From Salpingoeca rosetta (Eukaryota > Protista > Choanoflagellata), in contig JAWQFM010000011.1 in assembly GCA_033442325.1 (NCBI GenBank), positions 115,906-179,905 of the forward strand: a DNA stretch of 64,000 bases, given 5' to 3'. The position numbers and the translations under genes are program-made. Each line of letters begins with the position of its first letter. Position 1 is the stretch's first letter. Below the pieces are notes generated by a model. It searched no databases and had not been told where the DNA came from. It worked only from the letters and a program-made list of their open reading frames with translations. Of the stretch, positions 1 through 18,673 are shown piece after piece.

Positions 1-11
1 CACCCACACCC

Positions 12-66
<55 letters not shown>

Positions 67-145
67 CACACCCACACCCACACACCCACCCACACCCACA
101 CCCACACTCACTCCCCCCCCCCACGACACACAAAGCAAAGCTCAC

Positions 146-3386
<3,241 letters not shown>

Positions 3387-3800
3387 CGCTCAGCTGCTTG
3401 TTACACCGTCAACTGAGGTCCGTGCGTGTGTGCGCACGTGCGTGTGTGCTGCTTGTTCTTCAGCACACACACGCAACCCAAATACGTGGCTCACACGCTC
3501 ACACGCTTGCAACTTCACCGTGCTCCCCTCACGATCTCTGCTTCTCTTCTCCTTCTTCTCCGGACGAAACCACACGCACCACAATGCGTGTGCGCGTGTG
3601 TGTGTCTGCGCGTGGGTGGTGTAGTGGGGTGCTGTGTGCGCGTGAATGTGTGTGCAAAGTTATGTTTGTGTTTATTTTTTTTTCTCGCTCTCTTTTTTTT
3701 TTTTCCTTCTTCTTTCACTTGTTGGAAGGACAACAACGCGCACACACGCAAGATACGGCCACCTCAGCCAGCCAACAGACGCCAGAGCAGATCAGCGAGG

Positions 3801-3877
3801 ATGGACGCATGGAACGAGGAGCATGTTGTGCAGTGGCTCAACAGGCACGGCTTTGCTGAGGTACACACTGTTGTGTG

Positions 3878-3909
<32 letters not shown>

Positions 3910-4153
3910 CGCGTTGAGGGTTTGCGATTGCTTGCTTGCTTTTGAGCTGTTGTTGTTTTCAACCTCACACAACCCACTGCATCCTCCAATTCTACGCCAC
4001 CCACTGCGTCTGTGCCTGTTGCCGGGTGTACAGCTCAGCACGCAGTTTCGGGAAAACGACATCAACGGCATTGTCCTCAAGGACATGGCAGAGGACACGC
4101 TGACGGAGCTTGATGTCCCCGATCACATGCACGCCGACTTCCTCCTCAAGGTC

Positions 4154-4220
<67 letters not shown>

Positions 4221-6280
4221 GTGCGTGCATGTGTGTGTGTGCATGTGTGTGTGCATGTGTGTGTGTATGTGTGTGCATGTGTGTGTATGTGTGTGTGTGT
4301 GTGTATTGCTGGCGCGTACTCATTGTTTTGCGCACTCTTTTGCTTGAGCGTAACCCCCCCCCCCTTTCTCAATTTCATGCCATTGCATGTATCCCACATG
4401 CTCACCTCCCCACCTCCACTTCCACACACGCGCGCATGCGCACACATGGCAGAGGGACACGGACCTGCACTTGGCGTCTGACCAGATTGTGATGGGCGCA
4501 CCGCGTCGACGCAAGAAGCGCCGCCAGTTCAAGACGCCCGAGCCCGCAGCTGCGGATGATGCTGCAGACACTGCTGGCACGGCCGGCATTGATGAAGCCA
4601 ACCCAACAGAACAACAAGACGAACAAGATCAGCAGCAGCAAGACAAGGAGGGGCACGAGCAAGGGCGGGCGGAAGAGGAGTCAGCAGCACAAGACTCCCG
4701 TGAAGCACACCACGATCAAGGTACAGGTCCAGAAGAAGCAACAGCAACAGCAGCGCAGCAGCAGCAGGGTGCCGGGGGCAAGGAGGAAGACCAAGAGGGC
4801 AATGGGGAAGAGAGCAGTGGTACTGTCACGAACAGCGGCGTGAATCCGATCAGCAAACCAACACGGCGGCGACAACGCTTCAAGCCAGCAGCGATCTCCA
4901 AGGACGCCAGCAGCGGCAATGACATCAACGGTGGTGATGGTGGTGCCGTTGGTGAGGGTGACGATGGCAGCAGCAGCAAGGGCAAGGGAACGGGTAAGGG
5001 CACCGACAAATGCGACGATGCTGGTGCCACTGGCGAAGAGGGGGAGAAGGCAGCGCCACAAGAAACAGCGGACGCAACGGCTGCCACCGCCCTCGAAGGG
5101 AGGGCCGGCAGCACGAAGGCACCGCAGGAAACAAAGAAGAAGGAGGACGCAGGTGATGTGGGCGACAGCAGCACAGCAGCCGGCACGACAAGCAAGAAGA
5201 CTGCCACCGAGGGCGCAGCTCACAAGACATCAAGCGGCGACAAGGCAGCAAAGTGGGTACAGCGTGGCCATCGGTGATTGTTACAGATGGGTGGTGCCTG
5301 CGTGTGCGTGTTTATGTATTTGCTGTGTGTGGTGTGTTGTGTTTTGTGTGTGCGTGTGGCATGTGTGTGTGTGTGCGCATGTGTGCATGTATGTGTGTGT
5401 GCGCATGTGTGTGTGCATGTGTGTGTGTGTAACCAATTGCTTTCACACGTTTGCTGCGTGTCGCCCTATATCCTCTGACGTGCCCGTTTGCTTGTTCACA
5501 ATACACCGTTCTCACCTCATCCCACACCATATTGCCATGATCACCATCACCGCTCGCTGCGTTCAAGGCCGCGCGCTGCACCTGCCCGCCCTGCGCCACC
5601 GGCAAATCTCCCGACACGGCCGCCGCCACCACCAGCGGGTACGATGGCCTGAAACGTGTGGCAGTGCTTATGTTCACTTGCATTGCCTGACTTGGCACCA
5701 ATGCATTGGCGTGCTCGCACAGCACTCATCTTCCCTTGTTCACACACCCACGCGCACACGCACACACGCGCACACGCGCATACGCACACACACACACGCA
5801 CACGCGTTCACACATAAACACACACATCCACACATAAACACGCACACACACATACACAATAGGGGCGCGTGCACGTGCAGCCACGTCGGCGCTGGCGTCG
5901 TCGAAAGGAAAAGGCAAACAGACCACCACCACCAAGTCGCCACCAGCACCAGCATCGTCATCATCATCATCATCATCATCATTATCAGCAGCAGCACCAG
6001 CAGCAGCAGCAGCCGGGACAGGGAAGACTGTTCGCAGCGGCACCACCGCTGCCTCTCTGCGTTCGATGTCACACAAGACAGCGCCGCCCAAGCCATCATC
6101 ATCATCATCATCACCACCAACACCAGCACCAGCACCAGCACCAGCATCCTCGTCATCATCATCATCAATGCGACGTGGCAAGGGCGGTGGCACCCGACCT
6201 GAGATCACCATTGTGGGCGCAAAGCCAATTTCGGGCGACTTTAAGAAGATGGGGGCTGGCCCTTCGTCTGCCAAGGTGCG

Positions 6281-6336
<56 letters not shown>

Positions 6337-6932
6337 GCATCTGTGTGCGTTGCGTGTGTTCTTTGCGATGCTTTGTGTCATGTCACTGCCCACGCGGTGA
6401 TGCTGTGCTGAGACTGTCGTGCTCACCCACGATAACCACCATCACTGCCACGACCATCACCACGACCATCACTGCCACTGCGCAGTCCCCTGGCGGCTCG
6501 CGTCCTGAGATCACAATCATGTCTGCCCGCCCGCTCGATGCAGCCACCTTCAAGTCAGTCGTGTTGGTGGAGGGAAGCACGCCTCCTATGCCTGCATGCA
6601 ACACACGCACACTTGGTTGCATGCCTGCGATGTAGCTTGTGTTCATCCACATCATGTTCTTTGATACTCAGCGTCATGTATGTGTTTGGTGATGTGTGTG
6701 TGTGTGTGCGTGCAGATCGGGTGCAGCAAAAGCCAAACCGCCCGTGCCGCGCGGGCGAAGCAAAGAGGACACACGCAACAACAGCGACAGCAGCGACAAC
6801 TACTCTGACGACGATGAAGCCGATGATGGAAATGGTGGCAACGGTGGCGCGAGTGTCGACGTGCAGCCCACGCCCCCGAAACGCATTCATCTCTCGAACG
6901 AACAGCGCCTGCTCATCCTTCAGGTACAGTGA
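3801..6932 (+). CDS. N-terminal SAM-domain protein with long disordered C-terminal region
   Basis: Exons 3801-3860, 4034-4150 and 4486 onward give [20 protein letters not shown]|[31 protein letters not shown]…, matching the SAM consensus (W..E.V..WL..G…F..N.I.G..L). Later exons are low complexity. The 3' end (TGA 6930-6932) is uncertain. Confidence 0.75.
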
Positions 6933-7126
6933 TGGTGGTGATGATGGTGGTGATGGTAATTAGTGACGATGGTGGTGGCGAAGGTAGCGAGAGATTGTAT
7001 CGTGTCGTGTACCCGGCTCATCTTCCCTCTTCTCTCTCTCTCTGTCCACATACACCTACACACATGCACACACACACACACATGCACACACACACACACA
7101 TGCACACACACACACACACACACACA

Positions 7127-7214
<88 letters not shown>

Positions 7215-7560
7215 AAGGGCCACACGCAAACCTGTTAACGACACCATAAAAAGACACCACACACGTGTGCGCGGTTTCCAGCTCTTTCATCTGCACACAC
7301 ACACACACACACACACAAAAAGCAAAAGCAGAAGCAAAGAAGACAACGACGACTCTTCACACCCTCGCATCTCGCGGCACGTTGCACGCCATTCAGAACT
7401 GCAACCACGTTGGTTGACGTGTACGTTCAGACCACAACCTCCTCAAGAAGGCAAGAAGCAACCAAGTGCCAAGCAAGCACAGCCTCTTCTTGGATGGTGG
7501 AAGCCTGTGTGTGTTTCCAGCACCTCACAACAAACCCACAAACACAACACAGAGCGAACG

Positions 7561-7674
7561 ATGCTGCAGAGACAAGCGTTGCGTGCGGCGTCATCGGGCG
7601 CTGCATCCCTGAGAGCAGTGCCCGTGCGCCACACACATGTGCATGCACAAGCCATCACAGGGCTAGGTTACCCT

Positions 7675-7708
<34 letters not shown>

Positions 7709-7879
7709 GTGGGCCGGTGGGCACAAGAACACGCCACTGCCTGCCATCGTCCACCCAACCCTCCAATTCCATGCCACAGACCCAGCAAGCAAGAAGCCTT
7801 CACTCCTCGTCCCGACGTGAGTCGTGTTGACTGTCGTTGCTTGTGTGCGAACACATGGGATCCACTTTGCTGCTGTGCA

Positions 7880-7912
<33 letters not shown>

Positions 7913-8403
7913 GCTGCAGGGTATGAAGTGCTTTTGTTGCTGTTGTTGTGTCGTCAGCCGACCTCACCTGGCAAGCGACATGATGCGCTGTGCAATGCAG
8001 GGCTTGCGAAGCAGGACTTCTACGAGCTGCTCGGTGTTTCCCGCGATGCCTCTGAGCGCGACATCAAGAAGGCGTACTTCCAGTTGGCAAAGAAGTACCA
8101 TCCAGACACCAACCCCGGCGATGAGGCGGCTGCGCAAAAGTTTGCCGAAATCAGCGAAGCTTACGAGGTGCGCTGTGCGTGCGTGCATATGCGTCATCTT
8201 GGTGGCTTAAGCACTGCGTGTGCTGTGCATCGCATCATGCTCACTGTATGTGACTTGCATATGGTCTTCAAACAGGTGCTGAGCGATTCCCAGAAACGGC
8301 AGCAGTACGACCAGTTTGGCAGCACTGGCCCCTCTGGGTGAGGGCTGACATCCACAGCTATTGCTTTCGCTCAACGGCATTCGCACAGACAGACAGACAG
8401 ACA

Positions 8404-8441
<38 letters not shown>

Positions 8442-10019
8442 GACACACAGACAGACAGACAGACACACACACACACACACACAGACAGACACACAGACAG
8501 ACAGACAGACACACACACACACACACACACCCTCATCCATCTCTTGTTCCACGTGCTGGTGCAGTGGATTTGGCGGGCAGCAGGGCTTTGGCGGCGGGTT
8601 CTCCAGCAACCCCGAGGACATCTTCCGCGAGTTTATGCGCAATATGGGCATGGGCGGTGCCGGCGAGTACGGCGACCCGTTTGGCGGTGCCGCGGGCTTC
8701 AGGCAGCAGACGGTGCGTGCTGGAGAGAGGGGTGTCGTGGCGTTTATTGTGCTTTGTGTGTGTGTGTGTGTGTGCTGTGTGTGTGTGTGTCTGCTGTGTG
8801 TGTGCATGTGCATGTGTGTGTGTGTGCATGTGCATGTGTGTGTGCATGTGCATGTGTGTGTGCATGTGCATGTGTGTGTGTGTGCTGTGTGTGTGTGTGT
8901 GCGTGTGTGTGTGTGTGTGCGTATGTGCGCTGTGTGTGTGTGTGCATGTGTGCGCACGTATTTGCTTGAACGTGCACGCTTGTGGGCTGTCATGTTCGCT
9001 GCGTGGTTGTTGTCGTACCGTGCTCCATTCAACCCCACCTCATGCCTCACATGAATCGACTGTTGCCTGCAAGCAGTTTGTGACAACGGTGCGGCTGTCG
9101 TTTATGGAGTCTGTCAAGGGCGCGTCGCGTACGCTGACGTTTCCCAGCGTGGAGGCGTGTTCGTCGTGCAAGGGGTCTGGATCTGCCACGGGCAAGACCA
9201 TCACCTGCCCCGTCTGCAACGGCTCAGGCGTGGTGCGTCGCGCATGTGCACTTGCGTGCGGCGGTGTGATGTGACACTGGAGAGGGGAGTCGGGTGTACG
9301 TGAGTGTGTGTGTGTGTGTGTGTGTGTGCGTGTGTCATGTGTGAACATGTGTGAGCACATGTGTGTGTGCGTGTGTGTGCGCATGTTATGTGTGAGCATG
9401 TGTGAGTATACGTGTGTGTGCGTGTGTGTATGCGTGAGTGCTCTCGATACGTATGAATGCAACTTGCGCGTGTGTTCACACGTGCCTGCGCATGACTACC
9501 TCTTTGCTTGCATGCACGCGAGTGCAGGAGCACATGTCGATGGGATTCTTGAACATGCAGTCGGCCTGCCGCAAGTGTGCCGGCACCGGCCAGGTCCCCG
9601 AGAAGTCGTGCAAGGTGCGCAAGCACGACCCTAGTGTTGTGTTGTGTTGTGTTGTGTTGTGTTGTGTTGTGTTGTGTTGTGTTGTGTTGTGTTGTGCAGC
9701 AAGTGCCCACGGCACGTGCGTGTGACTGACGCGCGTTCCTCACACAACCGCTGCCATCACGGTGCTGCCATCCACCGCTCTGCCCACCACCACCGCCGTC
9801 AGGATTGCAAGGGCAGCGGGTCTGTGAAGACGGAGGAGACGGTATCGGTGAACATCCCTGCTGGTGTTGAGGACGGTATGCAGCTCCAAGTCGGAAACCA
9901 CCGCGTCATCTCAATCGAGGTGTCCCGCCCACCCATTGCTACGGCTGTTGTTGTGATGGCTGTTGTTGTTGTTGTGATGGCTGTTGTTGTTGTTGTGATG
10001 GTTGTTGTTGTTGTGATGG

Positions 10020-10056
<37 letters not shown>

Positions 10057-10677
10057 GATGGCTGTTGTTGTTGTGATGGCTGTTGTTGTTGTTGTTGTGA
10101 TGGCTGTTGTTGCTGGTGGAGGTGGTCGCGTCCTGCCGTACGCTCTGCCAGTGAACCTGGCTACTCACACACCTCATAATCATTTGTACACGTGCTGTGC
10201 CTCACTCTTGCTGTGTGTGTCACCCTCAGGTGGAGCCATCACGGCAGTTCAGGCGAAAGGGAACCAATGTCTTCAGCACAGCGCGCATCAGGTACCTTGC
10301 ATTCCACTGTGACCGCTGTGTGTGACCGCTGTGTGTGACGGCCAATCTCTTCTTTTCATGGATAAAGCGCAGCGCTTGTTGAATTGCGCACCGCCTCTGC
10401 CTTTTCACACTGTTCACCACCATTCACCACCTCCACAACAACGACGATCAGCCTGCCGCAAGCCGTGCTCGGCGGGCGTGTGCACGTCCCAGGGCTGTAC
10501 GGCGACATGGCTGTCAAGGTGCCTGCAGGCACAAACTCGGGCCAGCGCCTCAAGCTGCGGGACCGTGGGTTCCAGAGCGTGCATGACTACACAAAGGGCG
10601 CACACATCTTGGAACTTGTTGTCGACGTCCCAGTGTGAGTATGGCGTGTGTGTGTGCGTGCGTGCGTGCGTGCGTGC

Positions 10678-10752
<75 letters not shown>

Positions 10753-11140
10753 TGTTAGGCGGGCTGTGCGTCGTGTTGCGTTGTGATGGTGCGCGGACTC
10801 GATTGTTGTTCAATGCTACCGCTCACCGCCACCACCACCGCTGGTGCCATCACCATGGCCGTGATCACGATGACAGGCGCTTGAGCGATGAGGAGCGGGA
10901 GCTGTATGAGCAGTTGGCGCTGCGTGAAGCGAACAGAAATGGCGAAGTCACAGGCATCGAAGGTGCGCTGTCTGGCGGGCGGGAGGGAGGGAGGGAAGGG
11001 AGAGGGTTGTATGCATGCGTGTGTGCAAGGGTCCTCTCATCTTCCTGTTTGTTTGTGCTTGGACAAAACCACCAGTGTTGTATTTGCTCCAATCTCACAT
11101 CACATCACAACCCACACACACACACCCACACACACCCACA

Positions 11141-11181
<41 letters not shown>

Positions 11182-11642
11182 ACACACACACACATACACA
11201 CATACTCACACACGTTTACTCACATACCCCTCCCCCCCCACACATACTCATACTCACACATATACATACAAAACGCACTGCAGGTGTGAGCCGCAAAGTG
11301 TTTGTGGATGAGGAGGAGCTGGCTGCACTCCGTCGCGCTGCCGAGCGAGCAATGCACGCCACTGGTGGTGCTGGTGATGATGGTGATGGTGGCTGCTTCA
11401 GTGCTGGGAGCGGAAGCAGTAGCAGTGCCAGCAAGAGCAGCAAAGCGAAGAAGAACGAGCACCGCGGGTTCTTTGAGCGCATTTCGCACGCCATCTTCGA
11501 CGATGACCAGGAGGAGGACTCAAAGGATAGCACCAAGGACAGCAAGAAGGACAGCAAGAAGGACAGTGGCGACACCAAGGCGGGCAGCAACGACAGCGAC
11601 AGCAGCAAGAACAGCAAGGGCTCAGACCGTGAGAGCGCTTAA
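7561..11642 (+). CDS. DNAJA3: Mitochondrial class A DnaJ co-chaperone (DNAJA3/Tid1/Mdj1-like), ~11 exons
   Basis: Arg/Ala-rich presequence [12 protein letters not shown]-domain [33 protein letters not shown] region. Four CxxCxGxG motifs ([26 protein letters not shown]|DCKGSG). C-terminal IPAGVEDG and [13 protein letters not shown]. Confidence 0.9.
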
Positions 11643-12181
11643 CTGCATCACTGCTCGTGCGCATCGGTGTTGCGCTGGTCACTCAGTTTGTTCACAACTT
11701 GCTTGATCACGTCAGTCTTGTTGACCATACATGGTGTTGTTCGCTAGAGCGTATTGTTGTGGCGCATTTGAGTATCTTCAGTCTGCAGTCGCACTGGCAG
11801 TGAAGTTTGAAACGCGAACGTGCGCTCGTTTATTCGGTGGCAAACAAGCAACAGAAGCAACCACAAACACGGGGATGAGAGCAACAACCACAACAACCAC
11901 AAACACGGGGGATGAGAGCAACAATCACAGCCCCTCTCCCTCTGCACTGGGGCGGGGATTGAAGACACATCAACCACATCACACACACACACATACACAC
12001 ACACACACACACACATGCGCACGTTTGATGAATATGTAGGCATCCACGTCATACAAACGATCAGCACATAAACAGAGCATCACAACACGAACACGAACAC
12101 GGGGGGGGGGGCAATCACAGGAGCGAACACCAAGAGCGGAGAGCACCAAACAGCGACCATTCCTCCAAAACAGTGCGTTGC

Positions 12182-12230
<49 letters not shown>

Positions 12231-12326
12231 GGTGGTGTTGCTGCTGTTCTTGTGTGCTACTGTCGCCACCATCACTGCCAGTGGAGTCTTGGGTGGTGGA
12301 CAGTTGCTGTGGCCGACGGCGTTGTC

Positions 12327-15887
<3,561 letters not shown>

Positions 15888-15978
15888 GATGGCGCCCACA
15901 AGTCCTGAGTTGTTGAGCGTATTGTGCGGTAGCTTGACGGTTCTGGACAAGTGGACAAGTTTGTGTGTGTTCGCGCGT

Positions 15979-16027
<49 letters not shown>

Positions 16028-16415
16028 GTGAGTGTGCAGGTGAAGCAAAGACACGCTGGCGACTCGAACAGAGTGGCAGGCTTGCAAAGAGAAGAGGAAA
16101 GCAAGCAGGCGAGGAAGCAAGAAGGAAGCAGACGACAATTAGGCAGACGACGTTGGCGGGTGTGTCACATCATCAAGCAAGCAGAAGAAACAAACCAGCA
16201 GCAGCCAGGCGGTTCCAGAAAGAAAATGAAACGACACCACAAAATGTAGCGGACATGGAAGGCTGCAGTGGGTGTGTGATGACTGACACACGAATTGCTT
16301 TGGCCTGAGGGCCTTGGCCGTGCTTGCGTGCCTCAATGCAGCGTAACAGCTCCACACCGTGCAGCTTTGACATGGTGGCGTCCTACATAACCTCCAACGC
16401 GAAGCGACAAAGCAA

Positions 16416-16487
16416 GGGCCCTTAGCTCAGTGGTAGAGTGGAGGACTTAAAATCCTTTGGTCGCGGGTTCGATCCCCGCAGGGTCCA
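16416..16487 (+). tRNA. tRNA with anticodon TAA (nominally Leu) but a class I, Ala-like body with G3:U70
   Basis: Full cloverleaf: GGGCCCT-TA-GCTC-AGTGGTA-GAGT-G-GAGGA-CT[TAA]AA-TCCTT-TGGTC-GCGGG-TTCGATC-CCCGC-AGGGTCC-A. Anticodon at 16448-16450. A and B boxes intact. Confidence 0.95.
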
Positions 16488-16527
16488 TCGGGCCTCGAGG
16501 CACTCCGTGTCTTGTCTGTCAGGTCTA

Positions 16528-16532
16528 TTTTT
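16528..16532 (+). terminator. Probable Pol III terminator (T5) of the tRNA gene
   Basis: First run of four or more T downstream of the tRNA, about 40 nt from its 3' end. Confidence 0.55.
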
Positions 16533-16728
16533 GCCTGCGCCACTTCTGCACTCGTGTTGCTTTCTCTGCTCTGTTGTTGACTGATGGGGTTTGTTTACTC
16601 CTCCTCCTCCTCCTCCCTTTCTATGCATACGTGTATGTACAAACAGCAACAACAACCAACCAACCACGAAAGGCAACACGCGTGGGGACCCAAGCAAGCA
16701 GCCACGACCGCAAATCAGCCGCCACAGC

Positions 16729-18086
16729 TCAGTCCTGTTGTGACGATGACATCAAATCCCGCACAGACGCAAACACTTGTCGTGCACCAGCCCAAACCTT
16801 CTCCTGCTGTGTGTGTGTGTGTGAGTGAGTGAGTGTGTGTGTGTGTGTGAGAGAGAGAGTGTGTGTGTGTGTGTGTGAGTGAGTGAGTGTGTGTGTGTGT
16901 GTGAGTGCGTGACAGTGCGCGACAGTGCGTATGTGAATGTGTGTGTGAATGTGTGTGTGTGTGTGAAGGTGAGTGCGTGAGTGAGTGCGTGAGTGAGTGC
17001 GTGTGAGTGTGTGAGTGGACGTTTAGCGGGGGGGGGGCATGCATGGCGATTGTTGAGACGCAAGTCGACGCACAAGCCAATCACATTGCATCACACAACC
17101 ACATGCAGACGTACCAGGGGCAGCACGCCGTCATCGCTCTGTTGGCTGGCCAGCCGCGTTGCAAACGAGTTCCACGACTGTTGGAAGTCGCTCAGGGAGC
17201 GTGATTCCGGCACACCTTCCATCAGCGATGGCTGATCCACGCAAAACAAAAGGAAGGGGGGGGGAAGGAGAAGGACATGCATTTGCGCAGCAACACAAGA
17301 AGCATCAAAAGTGGGGAATCGAGCAGCAGTGCACGGTTAACACGAGCACCAGTACACGGTGAACACGAGCAGCAGTGTGTGAGCAGCGGTGTACACACAT
17401 ACACACACACACACAAACACACACACACATACACACACACACATACACACACACACAACACACACACACACACACACACACAACAAACAACACACACACA
17501 ACAAACAACACACTATGCTTGGGATGTAGTTCAGCTTCGACCATCGTTTAACTTCGTTAAGATAGTAGTATCAGTCGTGCAATATCCGATACCTTTTAGC
17601 TCGGTTTAGCCTAGTAACCCACACACACACACAAACACACACACACATACACACACACACAACACACACACACAACACACACACACACACACACACACAC
17701 AAAACAAACACACACACACAAAACAAACACACCTCTGGTTGCTTGGAGGAAGGGTGGGAAGAAAAAGAAGCCAGCGTTTGTGCTGCAGTATCAATCTGTG
17801 CCTATCAAAAACCATTGGGAGTGAACAACATGAATCACATGATCATGCACAAACATGAACATGTTGTCATGTCATGTGTACTGCCACCATGAAGCCGCAC
17901 ATCATCATGCATCGAGACATCCCCCAGCCACGGCTTGACCACACAAGCCACGCCTCCGCGCTGCTTCGTTCACAATACCTGTGCTTGTGCTGTGGTGTTT
18001 GCCAAGTCGGAGGAGGCCAGGTGGTACAAGAACCACCCGCTGCCCAACCCCAGCAGAAACCCTCGCACACCTCCCACAAACCCCAT
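16729..18086 (-). CDS. MICOS13: MICOS subunit MIC12/MIC13 (QIL1)-like, 122 aa, 4 exons; absent as a unit from the ORF track
   Basis: Exons 18086-17979, 17801-17733, 17231-17115 and 16803-16729, all with GT-AG phase-0 introns, give MGFVGGVRGFLLGLGSGWFLYHLASSDL…SLSDFQQSWNSFATRL…EKVWAGARQVFASVRDLMSSSQQD*. The N-terminal Gly-rich TM helix, WN motif and size fit MIC12/MIC13. Confidence 0.7.
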
Positions 18087-18673
18087 GCCGGCTGGTCGGT
18101 CAGTTGCTCTGCCCTGTAGGCCTTCGCAGATGCAATGTTAATTGTTCATCGAATCCCGTCCACAGTTTTTTATTCCGCGCGATCGCCAATCAGCATCATC
18201 ATCCAGGATCACGAGAAGCAAGCGACGGTGAGTGTGTGACTGACCTGAAGGTGTCTGCGAGACTGCCCTTCTGCTGCTCCTTCTCCTTCTGCTTCTTGTG
18301 GTTCTTCTGCCTGTGCTCGTTGTTCACTCTTCATTTGCTTCATCGTCAAGCCATCGTTTTTGTTTATTGCATTGGTGCATGTCATCAAATCTGTGCCAAC
18401 GAGCACTGGCACACATATCCCCACACAACACGCACCCTGTCTGTCTGTCTGTCTGGCTGTCTGTCTGTCTATCTGTCTGTGCGTGTCTCCTCTCCCCCTC
18501 TCCTCTCACATTCCATCACACACACACACACACATACACACACACACATACACGCACGCACACACACGCACGCACACATACACACACACACACACCTCTT
18601 AACTCGTTCCCCCTCCCCAAACATACAGAACACCTCATCTTCCTTCATCTTCGATCCAGCAGCAACGACGGCA

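Noticed and set aside
16416-16487. Reading the tRNA as an ochre (TAA stop) suppressor
   Set aside because: The anticodon is 5'-TAA-3', which pairs with codon UUA. A suppressor would need anticodon TTA, and genes here end normally at TAA (e.g. CUL1, GPN3).
17981-18673. 651-aa ORF-track version of the amidohydrolase
   Set aside because: The upstream part overlaps the MIC13-like first exon and a CA-repeat 5'UTR intron. Coding-like composition begins only at ATG 18674.
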